From assembly GCA_051362555.1 (NCBI GenBank), contig CM120641.1, positions 43,530,401 to 43,594,400 on the forward strand: a stretch of DNA of 64,000 nt. The letters run 5' to 3'. A program made the position numbers and the translations under genes. Under the pieces are notes generated by a model, which searched no databases, was not told the origin of the DNA, and saw only the letters and a program-made list of their open reading frames with translations. This stretch comes from Lingula anatina. Taxonomy: Eukaryota > Animalia > Brachiopoda. Numbering within the stretch: the stretch's first letter is position 1; the number at the start of each line of letters is the position of its first letter. Shown here in pieces: positions 9,601 through 21,701 of this stretch.

Positions 9601-12600
9601 TCTTGCTAAGTGCAATCATTGGAATCAGCTTAATTGTCTGACATGCTTCCTTGAGCAATTTGGGGGTAATTAAGCCGAGTACACATGGAAGAACTAGTAA
9701 TTACCCCTGAGCTGCTCAAGGAGGCGTGTCATTAAGTAAAGCAGAATGCACTTATTGAGAGCACCCCCCCCCCCCAGGGCTGGACCACCCCAACTAGTAC
9801 CCTATGTCTATCTGAATGCTCCCTGAGACAAGCTGTGGTTTTTGTTTTCAAATACCTTCCTGTATCTTAAATTATATCAGCTCTCGTGGTGGAGATACAA
9901 TTATACAAGGAACGGGACCATCTCTTAGGTAATGATGTTTATTAGTGGTGATTTGCCTCTTCTAATGTTAATGGACACTGTTCTTGAGGTATTGTTGAAA
10001 TTGTTTTATGAGAGTTTGAAAAATGAATAAGTGCATGTGTGTAAAATGTGTGTACCAGAGAATCACATCAGGAGTGTATGATGAGATAAAACCAAAACAG
10101 CAGGGAAAAATGACAATAAAATAGTATTCTCTAGTACGTATTCTGTAATTGGAAATGGCATATGCCCCTGGCATTCTATTTACCTGGTATTTTATCAGTT
10201 TTTTTCCATAACTTTGAAAAATTATTAAATTTTTTATAACAGCACCTTCCAACAAGGAGTTGCTAATATAGGAAGAGAAACTGTAACTATGGTAATGAAA
10301 AAAGCAAGTGGTGGGAGTGACACCAAAAGTTGCTACCTTGGCGAAGAAGTTCTGCTTGCCATGACCCTGACAGAATCAGACAGTAATCAAGCCCTTTCAT
10401 AAAGACATTTTAAAAATAAAGCAATACATACATGTTTTATTTTATCCATTTCTGAATTTTTGTATTGTTTGATCTCAATGAAATCCATCCATAAGGCTAT
10501 TATGAGCTTTGCTTGGTGACCTCAAATACTGAGTTTTTATTTGGAATAAATGCAGTTAAAATATTTAAACTTTTGCATGTTTAAGTTATAATATGCTAAT
10601 AAATCACAAAAATACTGCTCTGCCATAAAGTGAAAGTGTCAAATGATATTATATGAAAATATTGCCTGAAATCTTTTTTTCTTTTTTGCAGCTGCCTGGG
10701 GGATCAAAGTTTATCGGTGTATTGTAAAACCAACAAGAGATTCACCAAATAATGAAACATTTGTTCTTTTGAATGATAAGGGGTAAGTTTATTTTACTGA
10801 ATTTAAATAAATAAAATGAAGGGCAACTTTATAAAACAAGTAAAAGGGTTTTATTCTTTAAGCTTTTAAATATTCAACTTAGTGCAGTTCCATAAAATGT
10901 TTTTTAAAAAGTAATTTCTAATTGTTTAACAGGTATAGTTTCCCATTATTCACATTTCTATAAAAGTTTGTGTCTGAAATATAAACATTGTCTTATAATT
11001 TTCTGCAGGTGTCCTGATGACCGGCAATTCATAAATGCCCCATTTCATGGCCAACTGAGACAAGCACAAACTGTAAAAAGTGGTTCATTCAGGTGTTTCA
11101 AATTTCCAGAAAAAGAAACACTATATTTCAACTGTGAGATTGGGTTTTGCACCTCACAACATAAAAGGTGTTTTCAGGTAAATTCTCACTCTGATGCATT
11201 TATTACATTAAGCATTATTATTATTATTTATTAATCAATTTGGCAATCCATGAAGAATTGGATAAATGTTTCTAATGTTTAGAGGCTGCAATGGCACAGG
11301 TACACCTGTTTTATGATTTTCTTTGTTTACATTGACACAAGTATAATGGAAGAGGAAATAAGGCAAAATACAGCACAGCACAGAGCACTTGTGCCTTGAA
11401 AAAAAAAGAGCATGAGACCTTTGTAATTTAGGACAAGGCAGCAAAGCTGTCAAATGTACAGACAAAAAGCAGGAAATAACTATGCACAAAATAGGCTACT
11501 GTCAATTCTGATGCAAAAGTACATTATGTTAAACTGCAAATTCAACATCAAATTTTAATTATGCTCAACAGGTAATACCAATGTAAGTAAAACGTGTAAC
11601 AAGCATAAGGCTTCAGGCCCATGGGAGTTCAAGTTCACACTTTGAAAATGTATAACTTCCAGAAAAAGAAGCCAATTAGACTACTTTTCCAACCCAGGCT
11701 GCATTTTAGTCCTGCATTTCTTTTTTGAACATTTGGCAATCATAAGCAACATGGTTTTCCCATAATGGTCATCATGGCAGCAGCACCCATAATTGTTTTC
11801 TTCTATTCTGATGCAATATTACATATTGGTTAACAGCATAATGACCGTCAATTTTTAATAATAAAATATACGTATCATGGATTTTCAGAAAATGTGACTA
11901 GCATGGGTCTTCAAGCATGTAGAACTTCAAAGTCACACCTTGAAAATGCCAATATGTGAAATATGCTGAAAAGTGAAAAAACAGCATAACTTCTACAATA
12001 ATGGCCCCATCATGCTGATTTTCGAACTTGACCTGCGTTTTATGAATATTCATCGGCTCTGTAAATATAAAGCCCAAAAGTAAAACTGCCTTCCACTTAT
12101 CGTGTTTACAATGAAAGTGCAAGGCGCCGCTGACGGCGGTGACAGCAAAGACAGACGCAGGTGATGGCAATATGTACAGACACATTTTTGACACATCTGT
12201 ACATATTTACTGTACTGTTTGAGAACAGTAAGTGACATGGTTTTTCTTAAATGGTCATCATGGGAGCAGTGCCCAAAGTAGGTTTTTTTCAAATTTTGAT
12301 GCAATATTACATAAATTGTAACAGCATAATGACCATCAATTTTTAATAATAAAATATTAGTATCATGGATATTCAGAAAATGTGACTAGCAAAGGTCTTC
12401 AGGCCCATGGAACTTCAAAGTCACAACTTGAAAATGCCAAAATGTAAACAAGACAGCACTGTTCTGAAATGTTTTTTTTTTTTTTCATTTTTAACAATTT
12501 TTAACATAAAACAAAATTAACAGCTTACTGCCATTTTTATATGATCAACTAAGAAAATTGATGAGATGGGAAAAATATCAATAGAGCAGTGTTAAATGTC

Positions 12601-15600
12601 CAATTTCTTCCATTCTGAGATTCTGAACATAGTGAATGATTGAATCTGACAAACTGCAATGATATGAGTTTATTTCCACTTTTGAAACTTTATTACACAA
12701 TACACGATAACAAATTAACCATCATTTGTACAAAATCAACTAACAATGTTATAAAGATGCAGGAAATGTCAAACAAACACTTTTAATATCTCATTAATTA
12801 AATAATGAAACTGTTAACATGCCTAAGAATTGAATCTGAGGAAATGTGTAAAAACAACATAACTTCTAAAATAATGGCCTGATTATGCTAATTTTTTAAC
12901 TCAACCTGCGTTTTAGCAGGATTGACCACTCCTGTGAGTTTAATGACAATTGGCCTATCTGTTTTTCGTATATTGTGTTTACAGTGTTGCATATATGCTG
13001 AAAAGTGAAAAAAAGCATAACTACTAAAATAGTGGCCTGATCATGCCGATTTTCGAACTTGACCTGCGTTTTAGTAAGATAGATTACTCCTGTGAGTTTC
13101 ATGACAACAGGCCTATCGCTTTTCCTTGGAATGTGTTTACAGTGTTGCATATATGCTGAAGAGTGAAAAAAAACATAACTTCTACAATAATGGCCCGATC
13201 ATGCTGATTTTTGAACTTGACCTGCATTTTATGAATATTCATCAGCTCTGTAAATATAAAGCCAAAAAGTAAAACTGCCTTCCACTTATCGTGTTTACAA
13301 TGAAAGTGCACGGCGCCGGCGATGACGGCGACGACAGATGCAGGTGATGGCAATATGTACAGACACATCTATATATATATATTTACTGTACTGTTTGAGA
13401 ACAGTAAGTGACATGGTTTTTCTTAAATGATCATCATGGGAGCAGTGCCCAAAATAGTTTTTTTTCAAATTTTGATGCAATATTACATAATGTTAAACAG
13501 CATAATGACCATCAATTTTTAATAATTAAATATTAGTATCATGGATATTCAGAAAATGTGACTAGCAAAGGTCTTCAGGCCCATGGAACTTCAAAGTCAC
13601 AACTTGAAAATGCCAAAATGTAAACAAGACAGCACTGTTCTGAAATGTTTTTTTTCCCATTTTTAACAATTTTTAACATAAAACAAAATTAACAGTTTAC
13701 TACCATTTTTATATGATCAACTAAGAAAATTGATGAGATGGGAAAAATATCAATAAAGCAGTGCTAAATGTCCAATTTCTTCCATTCTGAGATTCTGAAC
13801 ATAGTGAATGATTGAATCTGACAAACTGCAATGATATGAGTTTATTTCCATTTTTGAAACTTTATTACACAATACACGATAAAAAGTTTACCATCATTTT
13901 TACAAAATCAACTAACAATGTTGTAAAGATACAGGAAATGTCAAACAAAAACTTTTACGTATCTTATTAGTTTAATAATGAGACTGTTAACATGCCTAAG
14001 AATTGAATCTGAGGAAATGTGAAAAATATGCTGAAAAGTGAAAAACAGCATAACTTCTACAATAATGGCCTGATCATGCTGATTTTCGAACTTGACCTGC
14101 GTTTTATGAATATTCACCAGCTCTGTAAATATAAAGCCAAAAAGTAAAACTGCCCTCCACTTATCGTGTTTACAAAGAAAGTGCACGGCATCGGCATTGC
14201 CATCGGCATCGGCATCGGCGATGACAGACGCAGGTGATGGCAATATGTACAGACACATCTGTGTCTGTACATAATAATTATACAAAATTTCAACTACTCT
14301 CTATATGCTGCCTTCTAAAAGTTCTAAATAACAAATCTGTCATCGATATTCTTTTCATTCACGTAATCTATGGGGTCTCCTTGATTGGTGGAACCTTGAC
14401 AGTTTCTGCTGCCCTCTGGCAGCCACCATGTGCATGCACGTTTCAAAACAAAGTACCTAATCAACTTTTGATTTCATTTATTTTGCATGTGTATGATAGA
14501 ACTCCCAGTAAAGGTTTGCTGATCCACTTGCTAGAATAACCATGGATTCACCAAAGCAATAACAACCAAGAACTAGAAAAGCACTCTGAGAGCGCAGACC
14601 TCCGCCAAGGCAGTAAAGTCTCCATCCAATGCCGTTTCAACCCTATATTTTCATTCTATAATGATTTATTTTTTTGATTATTGATTGATTATTGATCTGG
14701 ATCACCACAAAACTAATCATCTATTCCTTGGCCCACTTCTGACGGTTCCTAAAAATTTCATTAAAACCGGTCCATAATTTTTTGAGTTATGTTGATGACA
14801 GACAGACAGACAGACAGACAGGGCTGAAAACATAACCACCTTGGCGGAGGTAACTAACAATAAAATGGCATATACAACTGACAGGAGTATAATTATCAAT
14901 CATTAGCTAACAAGAGCTTCCTGACATGGACTCAAAGCTTTTAGTTGCTTGTACTGTAGCCAAGGCAATTGCAAAAATTTAGACCCAGAAAATTTAATTT
15001 GTGAAAGTGACATTCGCATTGTTTTTCATAAGATATTAGAATGCTATGTCCTTAAATCATTATCAAATGTACGATAAGTGTATAAATAATACAGCAACCT
15101 TTTCTTTCAGGGTCCAGTTGACATCTGTCAAAGAGATGAGAGGACAAAGAGATGGGTGACCAAGGAAGACATGCATTTTGCTATAGGTTTACAAGTTTCT
15201 GTTACCCAAAATCCTGGCGGAAATGTTCTCAGTAACAATGAAGGTAAGAAGAGACTTATGAACACTAATAGGTGCCTTGGTTGTAACCTAATTTTGCCCA
15301 ATTCTCAAGTATAAAAATTCAACAAGTTAAATGTGTCTTGTTTATAAATATTTAATAAATAAAATGTTACAAATTTTTCAGGGACCATATTTTAAAAGAC
15401 AGATGGTATTCTGTGAAAATAACTAAAACAAGTATTTTTTTATTTCAGAAAAAATGACAGTTGGACCAAAATCCAGAATGTCAACAATTTTCACAGTGTC
15501 AACTATTGCCGTGGTGTGTCTCATTCTAACAGCAGGAATCATTATCATCATCGTCATACCTCTACGAAAGTGTAGAATTTTGCCAGCCATTAAAAACAGA

Positions 15601-15636
15601 TGTTCCAATACAGCAATCTCAGGGTCATTGCTATAG
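3647..15636 (+). CDS. Sushi(CCP)x3 + ZP-domain type I membrane protein, copy 1 (start codon exon unresolved)
   Basis: Frame-consistent GT-AG exons: 3647-3689 (signal-peptide-like SLLYFAVLIHDATC), 3976-4149 and 4478-4684 (2-Cys CCP-like), 7082-7264 (canonical 4-Cys CCP), 7923-7940 (microexon), 8340-8533 and 8859-9007 (ZP-N, 4 Cys), 9881-9928, 10243-10382, 10692-10782, 11009-11177 (ZP-C, GCPDD..FRCFKF..LYFNCEIGFC), 15111-15243 (furin site RTKR, then hydrophobic patch MHFAIGLQVSV), 15449-15636 (TM, tail ..GSLL*). Confidence 0.88.
3813..4852 (+). repeat. Tandem duplication (~0.5 kb unit) of the first CCP exon with its flanking introns
   Basis: tttgtatattgaaac..aaacaacaac..gctaaatcaaagtaaaaa starts near 3813 and again near 4316. 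Post-exon intron text gtacacacatatgcttcagtgcttcttg occurs at 4150 and 4685. Copies 2 and 3 have a single unit. Confidence 0.92.
5021..6574. mobile_element. Foldback-type non-autonomous DNA transposon with ~575-bp near-perfect inverted arms and ~400-bp spacer
   Basis: Left arm 5021-5597 (caataaagggaaccggagaagatcagcatt...gacgaatttt) is the reverse complement of right arm 5996-6574 (aaaattcgtc...aatgctgatcttctccggttcccattattg). Absent at the paralogous intron site in copy 2 (~23570). No transposase ORF. Confidence 0.93.
9546..9822. mobile_element. Old palindromic MITE shared by all three gene copies (also 26263-26540 and 43635-43906)
   Basis: Nested inverted pairs: cagatagaca..gtactagtt / aactagtac..tgtctatctg, and tgacatgcttccttgagc..ggggtaatt / aattacccc..gctcaaggaggcgtgtca. 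Confidence 0.7.
11270..14560. repeat. Copy-1-specific intronic block of Helitron/Helentron-type repeat fragments with an internal ~1.18 kb direct duplication
   Basis: Absent from the equivalent introns (31021-31460, 45287-45726). Segment ~12040-12900 recurs at ~13230-14110. The module aaaaacagcataacttctacaataatggcc..ttttcgaacttgacctgcgtttt recurs at ~11978, 12850, 13010, 13168 and 14040. Family assignment is by motif resemblance only. Confidence 0.7.
14571..14853 (-). mobile_element. Short Helentron-associated interspersed element (HINE/DINE-1/Pearl-like MITE)
   Basis: Subterminal inverted repeat acctccgccaagg (14598) / ccttggcggaggt (14839), a (GACA)n microsatellite at ~14797-14820, and a terminal hairpin gcactctgagagcgc next to aactag (CTAGTT end on minus). 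Confidence 0.8.
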
Positions 15637-15709
15637 CAAAACTGTTCACATTTAAGTCCTAGAACTCTCACAAAATATAATGTAAATTAATGGTCTTTGG
15701 AGAGAAAAA

Positions 15710-15751
<42 letters not shown>

Positions 15752-15752
15752 C
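15710..15752. repeat. (ATT)n microsatellite in 3' UTR of copy 1; shorter in copy 2 (~32074-32104) and copy 3 (~46331-46341)
   Basis: Direct reading of the trinucleotide run. Confidence 0.95.
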
Positions 15753-16604
15753 AAAATTATTATTTATCATCATTATTATCCACCATGGGCTCATTTAAAA
15801 CGGGATGTTCCTTTTGTGCTAATCAAAATGCTGTACAAAGCACTTGCAGCATCAAGGACTACAAATGTATGCAGCACCAGTCCTGGGAGAAATTTTACAG
15901 TTCAAGTCAAAACTTTTCTGGTCTTCGTTTCTATAGCATACCTGACACATAATTGTGGGTTAAATGCTCAACTTGCATACACCAATGTATCAATTGTGAC
16001 AACGTGACACAGCAGGAATATCGTTACAAACACAAAGTGACTGTACACTCCATCCATGTGCACCACCCTTGTTGACCCAGCGGTTTTATGAAGGAATGAC
16101 CACCTATTGTTTACTTTTTTTCTTTTTAAACTGTTTGAAAAATGAGAACAAACACAAGAGTTAGTATGTAGCACCATCTATGATGTATTGCATTTTGTGG
16201 GATGTGTGAAAATAAAGAATTGCTCATGAAAGAACGTGGTCATATTCATTTCATTCTTGGGAAATGACAAGAAGGGGTAAAACTAAGGATATGATGACAA
16301 AAAATACAGCTTGTACTTCTGTAATTTTTTTCTATGCTATTTTGTACAAAATAACTTCTAGTAAGTTTATGATATTAAAGATTTAAAATTTTAAATCAAA
16401 GATTGACTGAATTAAATGTTTGTTCGGGGATATATCGTGTACTATTCCATCAAGCTGACAAGTTTTATAATTGGCAGCCATTAAGTATATACCAATTATA
16501 CATATCCTGGCCAAATTTTTGCCACTTATGGGAGAGATTTGCAAACAAGGTACTATCAGACACATAATGCTACAAGTTCATAAGTATTATGAAATAAAGA
16601 CGCA

Positions 16605-16750
16605 TTTGTTTCTTTGATTGGCGGTGTGTATGCCACTGTGACGCCTGACACCGAGCTTGGCTTTTCTGTCTCTCATTCAATTCTCCGACACCAGCTCTAT
16701 CCCAACCGAGTTTTAGAATATAGTAGTGGCATTTGTTTTTTCCATTCCAT
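16605..16750 (-). pseudogene. UBA5: Decayed fragment of UBA5 (penultimate coding exon plus adjacent intron)
   Basis: tttgtttctttgattggcggtgtgtatgccactgtgacgcctgacaccgagcttggcttttct..gacaccagctctat..ttttaga..agtggc..tttttccattccat aligns to 48506-48666. Minus strand reads [26 protein letters not shown] versus functional [26 protein letters not shown], with internal deletions and both splice sites lost. Confidence 0.88.
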
Positions 16751-17180
16751 TCTATCCCTCTCTCATGTCTGTTCTTAAACTCAACTATCATGAATTATTG
16801 CATTTAAATCAAAGCACTGACAGTCTGTCAGTCATTCAAAGAATCTATTCACGCTGTCTGATTCCACTCAGGTTCTTCTCTCCACTCCCTAGCCGTACAC
16901 TTTTCCATATGCCCAAATGAAGTCTGTGAAGTGCTGCAATTTACCGATTTAAGTAAGACGTATTATTCCTGCTTTGATCTCCATATTAAAATTTTACAGC
17001 CAAGAACTTTTTAGAAACTAATTTTCCCGACATGAATGGCGGTCAGAGCACCTCATCTCTAGTTTCCTATAGAGTGGACAGAAAATGTTTAAATTAATTA
17101 CAAAACATCAATTATTTCTGCCACCTATCGCTGCGGAGTAAATATTCGTAGTAAACGACGCTAGTAATTACGCAGACACT

Positions 17181-17440
17181 TAGACCCCATTCCCATAAAC
17201 ACACGTACCTTTGGTCTACGTGGATTGACCCAACTCTGCGGGGTTTCCTGCTAAGTGCAATCAGTTTAATTGAATGCCACACATCTTGTTTTTACCTTGT
17301 TCTTATAATCACCAGCTTTTCTGTATTCTTCTTAACGCCAGCAGAGGGAGGGGATAATTTGTTAAGATGGTGAGACTTAGCGAGAGTTCCCGCAGAGTTG
17401 AACCGATCCACGTAGGCCGAAATGTCTATGGGAAAGGTCT
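17181..17440. mobile_element. Palindromic MITE (second copy 33426-33681)
   Basis: agaccccattcccata..ctacgtggat..caactctgcggg..gctaagt is mirrored by acttagc..cccgcagagttg..atccacgtag..tatgggaaaggtct. Confidence 0.75.
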
Positions 17441-17769
17441 CTTACATCCTGGATTATAAAAACTACTCCAACTGTCCACCAGCGTTTACTAGCTCACCAT
17501 CAAACTGGACTTTAGCAACAGTCACGTTGGCAGAAAACTCCTGTGGAACTAACAGTTTCGCGGGTCATATATTGCCAACCCACTTGAAACCTTACCGTCT
17601 AATCCCCGCGAGGAATCCATAATTGTCTTTTAGGGAATTATGCAGCAAGCTTTCAAGTGGTTCGGTCATATTTTATCCGTGATCTGTTAGTCCGCGGATC
17701 AACTTGTTATGAATGCACCTTTACTTTAGCTGCTGCTTGTGGAAGTGATTGTTGAAACTTTATGTAGTA

Positions 17770-18796
17770 GGGGAGACCGGGGCTAGTTGGACCCCGGGGT
17801 AAGTTGGCCCCCCGTCATTTTCTGAAAAAGTAACTACGAGGTAAAAAAATTGGCCACATACTCTTATAAAGTGACCGTAGCCTACAATGCTACGGAAGTG
17901 TCGGCCGTTAAAAAGTTTTAATTAAGCGGTGAGTCCAAATAAACTATTTTTGCACCTAAAAGTAATTTTGTTTAAGAGATTTAAAAATCTATTTTCATAG
18001 GCTTTTGATCGAATATAAGATATGTTTAGGGCATCAAACTGAAGCTCATTGTTTCAAGTTTCAGAGAGATGTATCATCGTTGCTCATTCTAGCACTATAA
18101 ATGGCTGCCATCCCTTAAAATAAATAATGTGCAACCGGGGCTAGTTGGCCCCCTTGACTCGGGGCAAGTTGGACCCTCATATTACCCACAATCCTTTGCG
18201 CAACGCTGTTTGAAATAAACGAGAAGTTGTAACTTCTAGCACAAGCTTCAAACAACTGCGCATGTGCGAAAAGTGCGCTGTTTGAATAAACAAGTTGGTG
18301 AAATTGACAAAGCTTGCCGGTGTTTACCGTCTGATTGATTTTTTTTTAATTTGCTCTCTGGTGTCTTTTCGAAAATTTATATTAGAAATGTTCTGTTGAT
18401 TGTATGTGACGTACGGAAACCTCAATAAATCTGCCTCATTTGAACTATTTATTCATCAAAGACTCACAAAAATCAATTTAATAAATTAAAAATGTATAAA
18501 AATGTATTCTAAGGCGTTAACATGGGATATATACTTCATTTTCGTATAGGGGGGCCAACTTGCCCCGACCCTGGGGCCAACTTGCCCCGTGGCGGGGCAA
18601 GTTGGCCCCCTGACGTCAACTGCGTTTTTTGTCAAATTGTGAGCCGTCTGGCATTATATTTGAAAAATAATGGCGTTGCATACGTAGCTTAGGTCATGGG
18701 GCTTACTTTGAAACCGGTTTTGTGACTCTAACCCATTCCTAGTTGGCTCTACAAGGCCAAGAGTGTCTAACTGGGCCAACTAGCCCCGGTCTCCCC
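17770..18796. mobile_element. Non-autonomous DNA transposon with TA target duplication (Tc1/mariner-type insertion signature)
   Basis: Perfect TIR ggggagaccggggctagttgg / ccaactagccccggtctcccc, flanked by TA at 17768-69 and 18797-98. Repeated subterminal ggggcaagttggcccc motifs. Empty paralogous site tatgtagcaatgttatt at 34001-34017. Confidence 0.92.
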
Positions 18797-18974
18797 TAAT
18801 GTTATTTTAAAATTTCGACGGCGTTCATCGTACATCATGTTGCTGTGGAAAGAATACGTTGACAAAAGAGCAGAGTATACACAAAGAACAGGGGCGCGTT
18901 TGCTTAGTTTACAAATGAAGTAGGTAAATCTTTTTTATCATTGAAGCTATATGAGCACAATACTACACAATACT

Positions 18975-19227
18975 CGGGGGCGGATCCAGGATTTGAAGAG
19001 GGACGCGAATGCAACCCCCCTTCCCCCCCTCCCCCCCCCCCTCCCCCGTTCGGCGTGTGGTTCAGGGGCCCGCTGAAGACCCCGAAAAATTTTGGAACTT
19101 TGATTCAGCTGGTCAATATTCTAATTTCAGGAGGAGACCATTGGTGTGATTTATTTTTCAGAAATCGAAAGGGGGGGGGGGGGTGGGGGGTGGTCAGGAC
19201 CCCCCTAACCCCCTAAATCCGCCGTTG
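18975..19227. mobile_element. Short GC-rich MITE with 5-bp target duplication ATACT (related, 5'-altered copy ~34180-34401)
   Basis: Imperfect TIR cgggggcggat / atccgccgttg; atact at 18970-74 and 19228-32; internal poly-C and poly-G tracts. Confidence 0.7.
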
Positions 19228-20222
19228 ATACTACATATTTCCATTTTTATCAGGCAACTACAAATACTTATAGATATAACCTCAAAAGATGAATTTCAAA
19301 TATAGAAAAAGGGGGCTTATTATACCACAGTCATTCACTAATAAGTTGATTAATCAATTTATTAACTCAATTCTCAAGATTATTAATCATTTATTTATCC
19401 ACTTATTGCTAAATTTTGATAATTGTTAATTACATAGCCCAAAGCAATCAAAATTAAGTAACAAATCGATAGACTAAAACATCTAGCCCATTTCTATCCT
19501 GAAATTTCACTAAATTCCCTCCATAGCTTTTTGCGTAGTGTTGCTTACAGACGAAAAGATTAAATTAATGCAAATCTACTCGTTTGTTACTTGGTCTCCT
19601 CCGATCGAAAAAATTAGGAAATCAATCCACAACTTTTTCCATTTAGTGTTGCCAAGAGACGAACGGAACCAAACACATGACCTTTTGGGTGAAGGTAATA
19701 AAAGATAACTTAAAACTACAATCCAATTTTCTCACAATAATCCGATACACGGACCCTCATTTTTTTGTTACAATCGTACTCAGGCAGTCTGTTTTTCACA
19801 AAACAAATTCAGTTTTGTACAATTTCTAATAAGGAGAAGGAAGGGAATATCGCCATCAGAATCTTTTATTTCGAAGGTTTTATTTGATTTTTATGGAGTA
19901 TGAAAAAAATCCTGCATCCGTCACTGCATGTTATGTTAAATATTTCTCTTCCTTTCGGACACTGCCGCTGAAACTTTTGCCATGCTGGTGCCCTCCCTGC
20001 GAAAATTTCTAATTTTAATGCTCACTTACGGATGTCAACCTGTTCTAGACCATAATGTTTTTCTCTCTTAATGAAAAATGTTCTAAATCTGTTCTATGAC
20101 ATTATGAAGGACTTCTCAAAAAACAGTTCTCGAACGTTAACATTCATCACAGAACGACATTAGAACTGTAAAAAAATGTTCAAGAATAGATTGAGAACCG
20201 TAAGTGAACGTTAAATGAGATA

Positions 20223-20445
20223 CACGGTTTCTTGGAAAATTGTAAACGCCGTTGTCGCTGTGATTGGTCAGTTTCTTGAGAAGCTATCACTCAGCGCTGT
20301 GTATAAATTCACACGCAGCTTCCTTTGTCGTGTTGGGCAAGGAAAGGAGTGGCTTTAATCAATTTTTGTTGTATTTTGAGGATATATAGGATACTCGCAA
20401 ACAATTCCCATATCAAAAAGACCAGTAAGGAGCTAGGTAGGTTGA
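20223..20445 (+). promoter_or_regulatory. Putative core promoter and non-coding first exon of copy 2
   Basis: Same block as 2163-2385: TTCTTGGAA 20229-20237, ATTGG, TTCTTGAGAA, TATAAA 20302-20307, donor-like tag/gtaggt. Confidence 0.55.
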
Positions 20446-20515
20446 ACGTGACTTGAGGATTACTGTTACCAAGAGGCCTCCTTCACCAAAGCCTCGTACA
20501 CTATTTGATCACTAA

Positions 20516-21701
20516 GGGCCCCTTTACACTGGACGGCGTCCTTTCTGCGTCCCTTCTGCGTTCAAAAATGTGGTCAGGACGCTCAACGGTCGCCAAAGCA
20601 ATTAAATCGTGTCTCAGTGTAAAGGCGTCTGCGTCCCTTGTGCGTCCTTTGAACGACCGAATCTTGATTTTACCTGTAAAACTGCGAGCAACCTGCCTGC
20701 CTCCACTGTACGTCCCCTGTGCAACCCAAGGCATCCATTGCGATGTTTGAGCATTCTTGCTGCGTTCTCTGTACCTTCATCGGCGATCAGTGGCGTCTAT
20801 TCTACGATCATTCTGCATCCTGCTTGACCGATGAGCGTTGTTTGGGCGTCCTTCTCTATATTCTAACTCATATTTTTTCATCGGTTCTAACCAGGTTATC
20901 CAATAAAGAACATTTCCAGCACACAAAACAAATAAATGGGAATAAACGCTTTAAACTATAGTGATGCAAGGTCTGCATGGACTGATAATCAGCCAGATGC
21001 TCATTGTTTTCCTTATAAGAAGGATGGACAGGCGCCGAAAACGAGAAAGTATGACTGACACAACATAGAATGTTTGAATCCGTTTTCAAATGAAGCATTC
21101 AGCAAAAAGTTCTGACAATTAATGCATCTTGTAAAAAAGGAAAAAAATATTCGTTTTATAATAACCTCAAAAAAAAAAAAAAAAAAAATGGATCGTTTCA
21201 TGAATTTTAGGGGAAAAAACAATCGGAGGGTGATATGAGACCACTGTTGCCCTTAGAATTCCTGTCTGGTGAAAAATACCTCAGCACGGCCCCGTTTGAG
21301 AGTGAAAAAAAATAACGTTCTACGTGTCGAACACTGGACGATCTTTGAGTTTTCATTCTGCAACCAAAGCGATGCTTGTGCCTCCTTTCTACGACCGCGG
21401 CGATGCTTGTGCGTCCTCTCTGCGACCGCGGCGGTGCTTGTGCGTTCTCTCTGCGACCACGGCGATGCTTGTGCGTCCTTTCTGCGTCCATTGAGCGACC
21501 ATCCTCCATCGCGTTCTCTCTGCGATTGTTTTGAACATGCTCAAAACTTCGCGGCGTCCATGGCGTCCTCGGCGATGCTTGAACGTTCTTTGTGCGACCT
21601 TGGCGATCACTGTGCGTTCTTTGAGCGTCCGACGGCGTCCTGGCCAGTTTCATGGTCGCACAAAGGACGCAGAAAGGACGCCGTCCAGTGTAAAGGGGGT
21701 T
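20516..21701. mobile_element. PIF/Harbinger-type non-autonomous element
   Basis: TIR cccctttacactggacggcgtcctttctgcgtcc / ggacgcagaaaggacgccgtccagtgtaaagggg; 3-bp TAA target duplication (20513-15, 21702-04); empty site gatcactaagtgcagg at 35761. Internal ~31-bp tandem repeats (cggcgatgcttgtgcgtcct..) at ~21368-21490. Confidence 0.9.

Noticed and set aside
9881-9928. Integrin-binding RGD in the ZP linker exon
   Set aside because: The sequence is RGGD in all copies, not RGD.
11898-14285. Three similar minus-strand ORFs (MCLYILPSPASV..)
   Set aside because: They are copies of a non-coding repeat module with inconsistent ends and no splice or domain support.
15690-16007. 105-aa ORF with a poly-Ile hydrophobic stretch
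   Set aside because: It is a translation of the (ATT)n microsatellite in the 3' UTR and is not preserved in the other copies.
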